Source of the DNA: Leucoraja ocellata
Lineage: Eukaryota
Direction: 5' to 3'
DNA: 64,000 nucleotides
NCBI GenBank assembly: GCA_036785375.1
Contig: JAWMAR010000044.1
Coordinates: forward strand, 3,224,001 to 3,288,000
Positions 25,328 to 36,822 of the stretch are shown here, piece after piece. The translations under genes were made by a program, and so were the position numbers. The notes beneath the pieces were generated by a model. It ran no database searches and was not told the DNA's origin. It worked only from the letters and a program-made list of their open reading frames with translations. The number at the start of each line of letters is the position of its first letter. Position 1 is the first letter of the stretch.

Positions 25328-26477
25328 ATTTATTTCGCATTTCTGTTAATTCGAGTATTTGTTTATTCAAGTTCATTGAGAACACAAAAATTTTAGTACA
25401 AATTAATTCAGCCTCGTTTTGCTTCAAAAGGTGCATTATGTGTACATCATTGTAGATGGGAGTTAAGTAGCAAATGTGCTAAAATCACCTCTGGTAGAGC
25501 TATTTGGCTTACCTGAAAGCGAATTTCAACTTTGTGGTGGTAAACTGAATCCTCTGGAAATATTCTGCGCAGAAAGAGAGCTCTACAGTGACACCTGAAC
25601 ACCACTATTCATCAATAATAGGTGCAATGCCTTAGAGTTGAACCAAAGTTTTACTCTTTAGCAAATAAACAATAAAATGGGAAAAGTGGTAGTTCTAACT
25701 CATCTTACCCAAGCAGGGCCTGGCTCCTAATTACAATGCTTTAATACACAGCCAGTACAAGAAAATCACTAAATAGGTGCATTGGAGAAAGGATATAAAG
25801 AGAGCCTCACAATAGACATTGTGTGTAATAAACATAACTCCTACAGCTCCACAACAGGCTAGTTCTGCCCTTGAATAAACGGTACTAAAAGGATGTTACA
25901 ATCTCAAAAAATGAGATATATTTGACTTGACTGTATTTAAAACAAAGGGAAAAATAAAGTTTACACACTTTAAAAACACATCATAAAGACCATCAGCTCC
26001 ACCATAATACACCAAAGAAGCAAACACATTTACCAATGTACCATTTAGATAAGCATCAATGGCTTCTCTCCAGGGCTAGACATCGTATTTAACTTTTAAT
26101 TAATTTGGTGAAATATTGAAGGATTTCCCCGTTTGGAAGATGATTCTCTTACCATTTACTATGTTTGCAGCTAGTTTCAGAAGTTGGATTAATAGGAAAC
26201 GTGGATAGTTGAGAACACGTGGAATGAATAAAGTACAGAGGGGACATTTTACAGTAGGATGGAACAAAGATTAGTCATTAGTGAGATTTTAGTAAATTAT
26301 TCTAAGATGCTAGGATGTTTTGCCCAAACATTTGAAAATGAGTGAATGTGGTAATTTAGAGAAATAGAAGCACCACTTTCAACCCAAGGGATCTGTGAAG
26401 ATTTCGATCTGGTTCATGGTATTTTGTTTTTCCTCCAATTGCCAAGAACTGTCTAGTTGGTAAATGGTTGTACTTAC

Positions 26478-26570
26478 GATTGTGGGCTGAGCTGTTAGCA
26501 TCTAGGTGGCTGACGGTGCCTGGACTTGGACCAGTTTAATAGGCTGATGGCTGGTCACACCTGCTTCTAC
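26478..26570 (-). CDS. ZMYND8: Probable ZMYND8 alternative penultimate exon (93 nt), stop codon in every frame
   Basis: tgcag|GTA...ATC|gtaagt. Phase 1 reads RSRCDQPSAY* (compare recalled human SKRCDKQPAY). Phase 0 reads VEAGVTSHQPIKLVQVQAPSAT*. Confidence 0.7.
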
Positions 26571-28743
26571 CTGCAATGACAGTATTACAAAGATAATTTT
26601 ATTTGCAATGTCTTACAAATATGTATTAACAACTGGTTTTAATATATTGATTTTTTTTAGGACAATAATTCTTATACAGAATAAAGTGCATTTAAATCAA
26701 TGTATTGCAGCTTCCTTCTTTCGTCTAATTACTCACTTGTTGGTTAAGCGGGAGGTTTAGAGTTCTATAAAAGCTTTAGGAAGATAGTTTTAACATTAAA
26801 TTCCACTCTTCATTGTATCCACTCAAATTTATTTTCTTTCCTCAGTGTTGGCAGGGCTACATGGCTACACAAATAGGGCCTGCAATCTGTAATCTTTAGT
26901 AATCTAGAATATCTGACATTCATTTTGAAGAGCAAGTAATACTCCTCAAAGTCTTCATGCCATGAGTCAGAATGGTCTCGACCTGAAACGTCACCCAATT
27001 CTTCTCTCCAGAGATGCTGTTTGTCCCACTGAGTTCTTCCAGCATTTTGTGTCTATCTCCTTCTCCTTTTGCAGACAAAAGGAACTGCAGATGCTGCTGT
27101 ACAAAAAAAGTGCTAGGGGACATGACTAGGCAATATTTTGGGTCGAGGCCCTTGTGAGGAAGAAGGATCCCAACCCAAAAAATCAGCTGTCCATGTCCTC
27201 CAGAGATGCTGCCTGACCCACTGAATTATTACAGCACTTTGTGCGTTCTGTCCTTTTGTTTAGCTTTGCAGAATCTGTTGCTGGTTTAATTAATATATAT
27301 TTTGTAGTTTTTTACTTCTGGCTTGATCAGGTTTAGTTGCTAGAACGTTTTCAACTTAACAATGGAGTTTTAAAGAAACCAGCACTGAGAATCAAGCACC
27401 AGTTAAAGATGAATTTCTTATAACAGATGCCCTGCAGGTAACATCAGCTGCAAGTACTATTAATATTTTGAAAATTAATCCCAGTGCGCATTTTAGTAGT
27501 TCAGCATCTCAAAATGTGGTCATTAAAATCTCAGGTGTTACCTATAGATAGTACTGGTGTGACAAGGAAAATAGGAGTGAGTAATAGAAGGCACCGTACA
27601 AGTTTCTTGACCTGAAATGTCACCCTTTTCTTTTTCTCCAGAGATGCAACTTGGCCTGAGTCACTCTAGCACTTTGATATATACCACCATGTGCAGTTCC
27701 TTTCTACACATAAAAGTTATTCATCCCTTTTTAAGTTTCTTTCTCGTTTAGAGAGTAGGGATGATGCAGGAGATTAATATCATGCTAAAATTTAGGTGTA
27801 ATCCAATTCAGACTGGTGGGTTGAAAATATGCGTGCTTCTCTCTAGTGTAAGAATTCTATTTTTACAAAATGCTAGCAATTCATCATGGCCTGTATGACA
27901 ACATAGAACAAATTGAGAACTATTTCAGCAAAATATTCTCCAAATATATTTGTGGCATGTGAGACCAGGAAAGTAGCAGTCAGGCTTAAAAAAAAAAGTA
28001 AATCTGATAAATACAAATTAAAACATTTCATTGTTTAAAAAGCTTAGAAAAATAAATGAGGCTAGGAAAGGTAAAACAAAGTGAAGTTTTTTTTTAATGT
28101 TTTTTTTTTAAATATTAAAAAAAAAAAAAAAAAATTGAAGTTATGACTCCACAATGTAAAGCGTAAATTTTCAATGCCATTTTGTGTAAATAACATTTAA
28201 AATTAACACTGCAGTTAAATATGCAACACTTAATCTTTTCCTGACATGTATGATGGGTAAGTGTTGTACCATCTCAACTTCATGCATTTTAATGACAAAT
28301 CCACTAGAGGTAGTAGAACAAAGCTATTCGGAGATGTGCAGGATATCTTGAACAGCAACTTACAGATCTCCATGGCTTACTGCTCTTCTATGGAGACCAG
28401 AAGCTACAGTGCAATCCATTTTATTCCACAAACAATAATTGATGAAGGTCTCAGTAATATTATTTGTGTAAAAATGGACCATCAGGTTTGTGATAGTTGC
28501 AACTACTGGATATCTACAGTGTAAATCAGGAAAATTAATTCTAAACTTTGCAGTAGGGATTTCCTGCATCTAAGCTGATGATGGGGCCACAAATGTTGTA
28601 CATTGGGTGGAGCAATGTTACTCCCTTTCTAGTTGCTGATGAACATTGTAAGCCCACAGCCCACTTTAACCCATTGTGTCCCTTTACAGATATGAACTTC
28701 AACTGAAGCACACATTCATGCCAGAATATGTTTAGACCCTTAA

Positions 28744-29117
28744 AGCCCTGTCCCACGGTACAAGTTCATTCCAAGAGTTCTCCCGAGTTTGCCCTGTCCC
28801 ACGGTACGAGTTCATTCCAAGAGTTCTCCCGAGTTTGCCATGATTCGAACTCAGAGATTTACGGTAATGGCCGCTCGTCGGTACTCGGGGCTCTCGTGGA
28901 CATTTTTCAACATGTTGAAAAATCTTCACGAGTCTTCCCGAGGTTACCTACCATTAGCGAGTCTTCCCGAGTACCTGCCGTTAGCGTTACGAGCCACTAA
29001 GAGACGTCCCCGAGCTCCGACGTACCCGCTACGTTCATTCTCCGTGCTTACCACGAGTTTGATTTTTTTAAAACTCGGGAGAACACTTGGAATGAACTCG
29101 TACCGTGGGACAGGGCC
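28744..29117. mobile_element. MITE (non-autonomous DNA transposon) with 46-bp TIRs, left TIR tandemly duplicated
   Basis: gccctgtcccacggtac(a/g)agttcattccaagagttctcccgagttt at 28745 and 28791, with the reverse complement at 29071-29116 (45/46 to the inner copy). CpG-rich interior. Confidence 0.85.
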
Positions 29118-29373
29118 ATCAGGAAGCAGGTCCCTAGCTCAACAACCTTCATTACAACAATCTCTTTGATTTCAAATGCACAGGATTCATGTCCGTTTAC
29201 TTGTCTACTGATTTTCACTCTGCCTAGTGACAAAAATTCCTGCTTTGACCAGTTATTGGAGATCATAACCTTGCTGTTTGGAATATATTCATTTGCATCA
29301 CTGAACATCAAGAAATCCAAAAAATGGTCCAGCGCATCAGGACAGGCGACATCTCTGGAGAGAAGGAATGGGT

Positions 29374-29401
29374 GACATTTCGGGTCGAGAACCTTCTTCA
29401 G
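29374..29401 (-). ncRNA. Hammerhead-like core, sense to ZMYND8 pre-mRNA
   Basis: CTGAAGA-A-GGTTC-TC-GACCC-GAAA-TG-TC, with one stem II mismatch. Confidence 0.45.
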
Positions 29402-29459
29402 ACTGAGAGTCAGGGGAGAGGGAAATGAGATATATAGAAGGGTGCAAGATGCTTCTGAT

Positions 29460-29995
29460 AATGCAATCAAGATAAAGTTGGGCAGAGCACTGGCAGATGG
29501 AAATTAATATTGGCAAGTGCAAAGTAATGCATTTTGGGAAGTCAAATAAAGAATAATAACTAGCAGGGCAGGGTGATAAACAGAGAGACCTTAGGGTTTG
29601 TGTCAGTAGTTTCCTGAAAATAGCAGCACAGGTGAATGTGACAGTGAGGAAAGCATTTAGCATGATTGTCTTCATAGGCTGGACATAGATAAGGCAGAGA
29701 GTTGGAATCTTTCCCCCCATGATAAGGGCATCAAGAACAAGATTGTGTCGATTAAAAGTGAGGCAGGGGAGTTTTAAAGGAGATTTGTGGAGCAAGGTTT
29801 TTTAACACCAGGAGAGGTGAAAATCTGGAACTCACCCTGGTGAGGTGGTAAGGTCAGATGTAATCAGAACTTAGAATAAGTTTAGACAGACAACTGAATA
29901 GGCAAGAATATGGACTAAATGCAGACAAATAGTATAGATGAGCAAAAAGGTTGACAACAGTATATTGAAAGGGCTGTTTCTGTACAATTCTATGA
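29460..29995 (+). mobile_element. CR1 LINE 3' fragment
   Basis: WAEHWQMEINIGKCKVMHFG motif (tgggcagagcactggcagatggaa...aagtgcaaagtaatgcattttggg) plus 3' UTR. Confidence 0.8.
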
Positions 29996-30797
29996 GTCTA
30001 AGTGACGCTGAGCTTTATTATGCATTTGCAAATCTCTATTGTAGTCACGTAATCAATGGCATTATTGCGGGAATGTCCAGTACCTGACCAATCAACTGAA
30101 GCAAGGAAACAAGCTATGTGTACAGGTAGATAGAAGACAAAAATTATTGGTGAACAAAGGCAAGAAAATATTGATCACAAATCCAATTATAGTCTTGGCT
30201 TTAAAAAAATGTTGGTAGAAATTAATGTATTACATTGTGCCATATATGCTACATTATATATCTGTTCATTACATTGGTTTTAAGTTGGAGGTGGATAAAG
30301 CTTTATATTAAATATTTTCAGGTGGGTTATTGAAACACAGGAATTTTTTTATTATCTTGTTCAATATCCAAGCAAAAACTAGTTATGTACCCGACACTGC
30401 AAAATATTTCCGCTTCAGTCTACATAACAGAAAAAGAGCACTGTGTACAAGTTGCAAGGAGCAAAATAATGGTTTATGAATAGAATGTAAAAGGAGATGA
30501 TCAAAAGAACACGAAAACTGAAAATTAAGAACAGCCACGATTACAAATTTCAAAAAGTCTCTGGAAAAGCTTTTAATCAGTGACCCTCCAATAGGTGGTT
30601 GGACAAAATTTGATAACCAACAGATTTCCTTTAGCAGCGTACTGGTCAATAAAAATCTGCACTATTGTAATTTTATTTTATCTGAGCTACATAATTAGGG
30701 TGAACAGGTTTAAAAATAAACACAAGATATTTGAGAATACTAAAGCCTTGAGTGTGTAGGAAAAGTATTATTTACATTGGTACCAAGCTCAACTTAC

Positions 30798-30955
30798 TGT
30801 GACATTTTCCTTATTCTTATCTGGGCTGGGATCCTTGTCATTTTGGCCTGCTTTGGCCTCCGGTGGCGATTGCTGGACAGTTGGGGCTGGCTGTGCACTT
30901 TTATTCAATGCCTCGGAGTTCACTTCTGATTCTGGTTCCTGTTGAGTGGCAGTGG
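30798..30955 (-). CDS. ZMYND8: ZMYND8 exon (158 nt), post-MYND tail, ends in phase 0
   Basis: tgtag|CC...ACA|gtaag; (A)TATQQEPESEVNSEALNKSAQPAPTVQQSPPEAKAGQNDKDPSPDKNKENVT, resembling human ATAPQQEADAEVNTETLNKS. Confidence 0.92.
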
Positions 30956-31559
30956 CTACAATCAAAACACACAGCGGTTAAAACCAAACTGCTGAAATGA
31001 CTGCAACAAGTTCAAAGCAGAACTGGGGAGATGGTAGCAATCTTACATTGATTCCATCTCAAGAAGTATTGTTTATGTGGAGCAGTGGTTGCATATTGTA
31101 CACATTTATTCAATGCCAGTGCATTTATGGGTAATTGAATTAATCTAAGCCTACAGCTGCTTTGTAAAGAATGAAGACTATGCCCACGTATTTTTATTGC
31201 TGAAAAAAGTGGCATAGAAATCAAATGAGATGAAGTATCAACACTTCATACCTCAGAGACAGTGCCACAGCCATACTGCGACCAAAACTATGTTACTGTT
31301 TTGGTTACATTTTCTCCACATTCAAAGTTGATGGTTGAGGAGCAATAGCTTGGCTTGTCCTAATGCTCGCAGACAACACCCAGCCAAGCCGACTCAGGTC
31401 ATGCCAGTAGCTCAATGGGGAACCCCATAGGGATATCAGGGGCAGGTCTGTGGGCAGGACAGAAGCAATTATAACACTAAATTGAGTTTAACAAAAATAA
31501 TCTCAATTATATTGCACATGCGTTAAAAAAAAGCTTGACAATCGCATTTTTTTTATTGA

Positions 31560-31822
31560 TTGATTGATTACTTATACGTCACAGCATGGAAACAGGCCCT
31601 TTGGCCCATCGCGTCCACGCCAACCATTGATCACCTGTTCACACAAGTTCCTGAGTAATTCCATTTTCACATTCACTTCCTACACACGAGGAGCAATTTT
31701 CCCAGGCCAATTAACCTACAAACCCACACATCTTTGGGATGTGGGAGAGAACCCACGCAGTCACAGGGAGAACGTTCCACACAGACAGCACCTGTGAGAC
31801 AGCAGCCCTACCAGCCGCGCCT
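31560..31822 (-). mobile_element. V-SINE (HE1-like), internally deleted
   Basis: Tail, V-domain and partial head. Confidence 0.75.
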
Positions 31823-31889
31823 CAGTTAAATCCCTTTTTAAACAAAGAAGAATGCATTACCGTGCTGTAAAAGTTAGATCATTCAAAAT

Positions 31890-31913
31890 GGGGGGGGGGG
31901 GGGGGGGGGGGGG
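31890..31913 (+). repeat. Poly-G run
   Basis: About 24 G, roughly 20 nt into the intron after the MYND exon donor (poly-C on the transcript strand). Confidence 0.85.
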
Positions 31914-31927
31914 AATGTGCAGCACTA

Positions 31928-32194
<267 letters not shown>

Positions 32195-32897
32195 TCATTC
32201 AGGAAATGACCACAGTTTATTTGTCAAAGGATTGAAGAACAGATTTCCAAAGCAAAAACACGGTCAACAAATTACTTAATGGTATTTCAGTTCCCCATCC
32301 TACTGTTTTGATTTTACCAAGCTGCAAGTCAGAACCAACATTTTGAGCAGATTCACTTTGTTTGCGACTAGGAAACATTCTTACATCATTCAAGAAGTGT
32401 CCAACTTCCCTCACTGATGGGATAAATTTGCTACCTGCAGCCGGGGCTCTGGAACTCCGGCCGGGCTGGAGAGGGCAGATCCGTTCCCATAGCTGACTTC
32501 CACGGCCGATTTTGCGGGTGGGTATCTTGGTCCCCACAAGGCCGTGACCTCTGTTGGTCCGGAAAAACGGATAATCCAGAAAGGCTCTGGAACCAAGGGC
32601 GCCGGAAAAACGGTGGTGGACCTGTATTTCCTGCCACCACCATCCAGCACCTCCCAATGCAGATTCTACCCATATGCTACGCAAAAAAGTACTTCTTCAC
32701 GACACTTCTGGCTGTTTAACCAATCGTCTTCATTTTTTCGTCTCTGGATCTTAATTCTTGTGCCAAAGGGAACAGTGTCTACAATTCATAGGTTGCGTGT
32801 TGCCCAGGGATTGTTGTATACTGACAGCAAATGGAAAAGTAAAAATAAATTCTGTCAAGTTTCAAATTGCTGGGCAGCCGAAAGACCTATGTTCCAC

Positions 32898-33065
32898 TCA
32901 TAGAAACATAGATAATAGAATAGGTGCAGGAGCCTGCACAGCCATTCAATATGATCATGGCTGATCATCCAACTCGGTATCCTATACCTGCTTTCTCTCC
33001 ATAGCCCCTGATCCCTTTAGCCACAAGGGCCACATCTAACTCCCTCTTAAATATAGCCAATGAAG
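32898..33065 (-). mobile_element. CR1 LINE 3' UTR (catagaaa tail)
   Basis: catagaaacatag...aataggtgcaggag...gatcatggctgatcatcc. Confidence 0.8.
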
Positions 33066-33302
33066 GAGTTAGATGTCATTTTAATCTCATTTGCACCATT
33101 AGGGAAAGATCATAAAATAAGACTTTGAAACTTCTCATGAGAAAAAGGAAACCACTTTGCATAGTGTTATCTTGCATGCTGATATACTTCTGCAATCTAC
33201 TGGTCAAAATAACATATTATGGCATGGAGAGGACAAATTACACGATTTATTCATCCAATATATTAAGTAAAATAGAAAAGAAGGCTGATTTGTGGCACCT
33301 AC

Positions 33303-33381
33303 CAAGATTATGCTTCATTTCTGCAAGCTCCTGCTGATGCAACCACTGCAGTTTATCAATTTCAATTTTCATTCGTCGAAT
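33303..33381 (-). CDS. ZMYND8: ZMYND8 exon (79 nt), coiled coil
   Basis: ggcag|ATT...CTT G|gtagg; [26 protein letters not shown]; preceded by a 99-nt intron. Confidence 0.95.
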
Positions 33382-33480
33382 CTGCCAGATGAGAAATTAA
33401 ACCAGTAATTCAGATTGGTCAGCTAATGTCAGTGATGTTATTTAACGGCACAACTCCAATTTGACTATCAATAAACTAAC

Positions 33481-33561
33481 CTCTGCTATTGTGTTTCCAG
33501 AGCTGTTTCTGGAGAAATCATTGTAGATTTCAGTCATTGTTCCTTTTATTGCTTCCATCAT
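33481..33561 (-). CDS. ZMYND8: ZMYND8 exon (81 nt), coiled coil
   Basis: tttag|ATG...GAG|gttag; MMEAIKGTMTEIYNDFSRNSSGNTIAE. Confidence 0.95.
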
Positions 33562-34592
33562 CTAAAAAGTAATGGTTGTATCGATTAATCAAGAAATTAG
33601 CATGGCTAAAGAGTGAATTTGTCGTAGATTTGTCGTTGGTTAAATGGAAAAGATATTTTATGTTGTCAAAATGAATGGTAATCCCCGAGATCAACAAAAT
33701 GGAGGGTATAAAGGGAATCCAGGAACATAAGATTAGTATAGGAATGGAGGTAAAAATCAGCAATGATATTGTTTTCAATAGTGGAGCAGGCATGAATTGT
33801 TGAATGGTTTATTCTTGATCTATTTCTTATATTAAATCGGTGGGGGGGAGGAGGTATGACAGGAGAAGGCGTGACCAAGAATCGGAATATTTTTTACGTT
33901 GGTGATGATGGTAATGTTGATGGGAAGGGAGGGGGTTGGGTGTAATTATGCCCATTTTGATTGAATGGATACGTTAAAGAGATCGAATGTTAGTATGGAT
34001 TGCCCATCGTCATTGGTATTGTATCTTTCATGTCAAGAAATATGCTAAATGGAGCTGAATTAGCATGTATAATTATTCAATGCTTGAACCAGTGAGAGAA
34101 AGAACACAGACCACAAATGATGAATTTAATTAATAGTGTTTACAAGTTTCAATCTATGTTGGTTGACTGGATTGTGACCTTCACATGTTTGCAACAGGCC
34201 GTTGAAGATGACAACTTATAACAGAACCAGGTCTAATTACCTGCTTTATGGTTCTGATTCATTATAATATTTTATCCTTATTCCGAGACACTACTTGGCT
34301 GCCTTTGAAGCCTCATTTCTTTAATTATCCTGCACATTTTTTTCAATGTTTGCTCATCATTAAAAAAAACCCCCGAAGGAATATTTATTATAGGAGCATA
34401 TTTAATGGAGCATTGTGTTAGCCATTAAGTAAAAAGTTTATTCAGAGGCAAACTATTTTAACATTTGTGTTAAAGATTCTCTAAATTTAATCTTTTGAAA
34501 GAGGTGAGGGATTATAATCTAGCTTCAATAAATCTGTAATTATGTTTAATTTACAGAGCTGTACTGCTATATTTTTGATTTCATTATCTTAA

Positions 34593-35022
34593 GGGCCTGT
34601 CCCACTTACGTGACCTTGGCTTGCAAATTACGCGACCTCGTGGTCGCTTGAGGCTTACGGGCACTGTATGGCTGCGCAGGGCAGGACCCATTTAGAAGCG
34701 CGGAGTTGTGCGGGGCTAGTCCCGGCATCGTGCGGGGCTCCGAAAATCTTGCAGTGACCGAAATCTTCGCGCGCCAACGGCCTGTTGGCACGCAGGTGCC
34801 TTGCGGTCGTACACAGCGTCTTGACGGCGTATGCCTAGCACGTGGCGTTGCGTGCTGACGTCACCGCCCGACGCCGTGCGACGCTCAAATTCAGTCGGCC
34901 CGTCTCCTGCCCAGTTGATTGGTAAGCATAACGTAAATGACGTCACGCGCAAACTTCCTGCGAACTCCGCTTCCGGTTGGTCACGCCAAACGCACGCAAT
35001 CGCATGCAAGTGGGACAGGCCA
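34593..35022. mobile_element. MITE with GGGCCTGTCCCACTT-type TIRs, flanked by TTAA
   Basis: ttaa|gggcctgtcccactt ... aagtgggacaggcca|ttaa. GC/CpG-rich, no transposase. Superfamily (PIF/Harbinger or Kolobok) not resolved. Confidence 0.85.
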
Positions 35023-35073
35023 TTAAGTCATTTGTTTCCTATGTGGGGCACGACAGTGAGACTTGCAAAATTG

Positions 35074-35362
35074 TGGCATGGTGGTACTGTGGTAGAGTTG
35101 CTGTATTACAGCGCCAGAGACTGGGTTTGATTTTGACTCCAGCTGTTGTCTGTACGGAGTTTGCTCATTCTCCCTGTGACGGTGTGGGTTTTCTCTGGGT
35201 GCTCTGGTTTCCTCCCACATTCCAAAGATGTGCAGGTTTACAGGTTATTTGGCTTCTGTAAATTGTCCCTTGAGTGGAGGAAAGAGTTATATGAGGTGAT
35301 TGTTGGTCAGCGCGGACTTGGGACAAACGGCTTGTTTCCATACTGCATCTCTCAAACTAAAA
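35074..35362 (+). mobile_element. V-SINE (HE1-like)
   Basis: Head, V-domain, tail. Confidence 0.85.
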
Positions 35363-35604
35363 TTAATTTTGTACATACTCAATAGTGAAAAGTTCATTTT
35401 TTTCCCTGACGATCACAAGGCTGACATTGAAATTCAAATTTGGCTCAAGGAACAGTATCAAATCAGGATAATGGATTTAAGTATTTACAGTTCGGCAATG
35501 TGATATTGATACGGTCGACTGGGGCAAATGGTCTACTTCTATGTCATAATTTCTGTACAAAATTCTATGTCGCAGGTATTTTCAATCATAGCTGCAATAC
35601 AAAC

Positions 35605-35801
35605 CTTATTTGTATACTTTGTAAGATCAGCAGCAACGTCAGCAGATGGAGTAGCTATGGGTAGATCTGTGTTGTACACCGAACTGGAGGCTGTGTTCAC
35701 AACTGCTGAACTGCTGCCTGCCGCTGATAGAGATGACGTACTTGTAACCAAAGTAATGGAAGAAGTGGAAGTTGCCAGAGTTGCCTCTTTCTGCTGCACA
35801 G
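35605..35801 (-). CDS. ZMYND8: ZMYND8 exon (197 nt)
   Basis: tgcag|CT...AAG|gtttg; (A)VQQKEATLATSTSSITLVTS...DLPIATPSADVAADLTKYTNK. Confidence 0.94.
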
Positions 35802-36447
35802 CTGCAATGGGAAGTAAAGTCAAAGTATGAAAAGTGAGAATAGGTCAGTGTCCTTGAATTGTACTTTTCTTTCTTGGCTATCAGTCAAACCCTCCCAAAC
35901 TCTCAAATCATAACCAACTTTTGTACAATATGAGCTTTGACCATTTTGGAAGCGGCAATAACTCTGAACTTATAAATTTTGTTCTTTCGTACAGTTCATG
36001 GTGCCAATAAAGAATAGGGAGTTGTTTTCCTGCAATTAAGGAAAAATGGTAGATCTCAATATGCTGACTCCGTTAATCTTAAAAAAAACTGTGTTTTGAT
36101 TGAGATGCTGCAGATTATTCAAGATAATTCGATGAACCCCTAGGAGCTTGGGTCCTATTGTGTATTTCTCTCTGTGACTGTTTTGTACAATCACGGACAG
36201 GATCAATCTACTTATTGCCCCAGTACAAAATCAAGACTTTTTCCATGCCTGTAATGGATAGCAAAGGTTTAAAGGGATATGGGCCAAACTCGGGCAAATG
36301 GGACTAGCTTAGATGGGGCATCTTGATCGGCATGGATGAATTGGACTGAAGAGCCTGCTTCTATGCTGTATGACTCTATAACAAAATTACCGCTAACATG
36401 CGGTTTGCCGTCTGCCAGATTTAGAGCTAGACTCAAAATATTTATAC

Positions 36448-36822
36448 CTTTCACAGCCAATCTTGTCTGGTATCGCGTTCCTGTGTTCTGAGACTGTTGC
36501 TGTTGAGTCGTCGGCACTTGCTGCTGCTGTTGCTGCCTTTGGACCTTCTGCAAATGCCATTTCTGTGAGGAGGTCTGAAACTTGGTCGAGGGATTCCACA
36601 CGACTGCACGTTGGACAGATGGTACGGTTTCCTTTGGCAATAAAGGCCGTTGCTTTTTAACCGGACTGTTGCTAACAGTGGCTGCTGAAACTGTGGATGT
36701 GGACACCGCGCTGGCAGCTGTTGTTATAGTGGTTGAAGGGGTCTGGCTTGGGAGACTGGGATGTGAAGAAGCAACCTCACCTTTAGGTTGACTGGAGACA
36801 GTTGCAGTGGGTGATGCTTTAC
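36448..36822 (-). CDS. ZMYND8: ZMYND8 exon (375 nt), Ser/Thr- and Q-rich
   Basis: tatag|GT AAA...AAA G|gtata; KASPT...SPVKKQRPLLPKE...KFQTSSQKWHLQKVQRQQQQQQ...TRYQTRLAVK. Confidence 0.92.

Noticed and set aside
28364-28403. 40-nt or 23-nt exon candidate with faint likeness to the mammalian bridging exon
   Set aside because: Weak acceptor, in-frame TAA in phase 0 for the 40-nt form, and similarity too short to trust.
28745-28836. 46-bp direct repeat as a CRISPR-like array
   Set aside because: Only two adjacent copies with no spacer; it is a duplicated MITE TIR in eukaryotic DNA.
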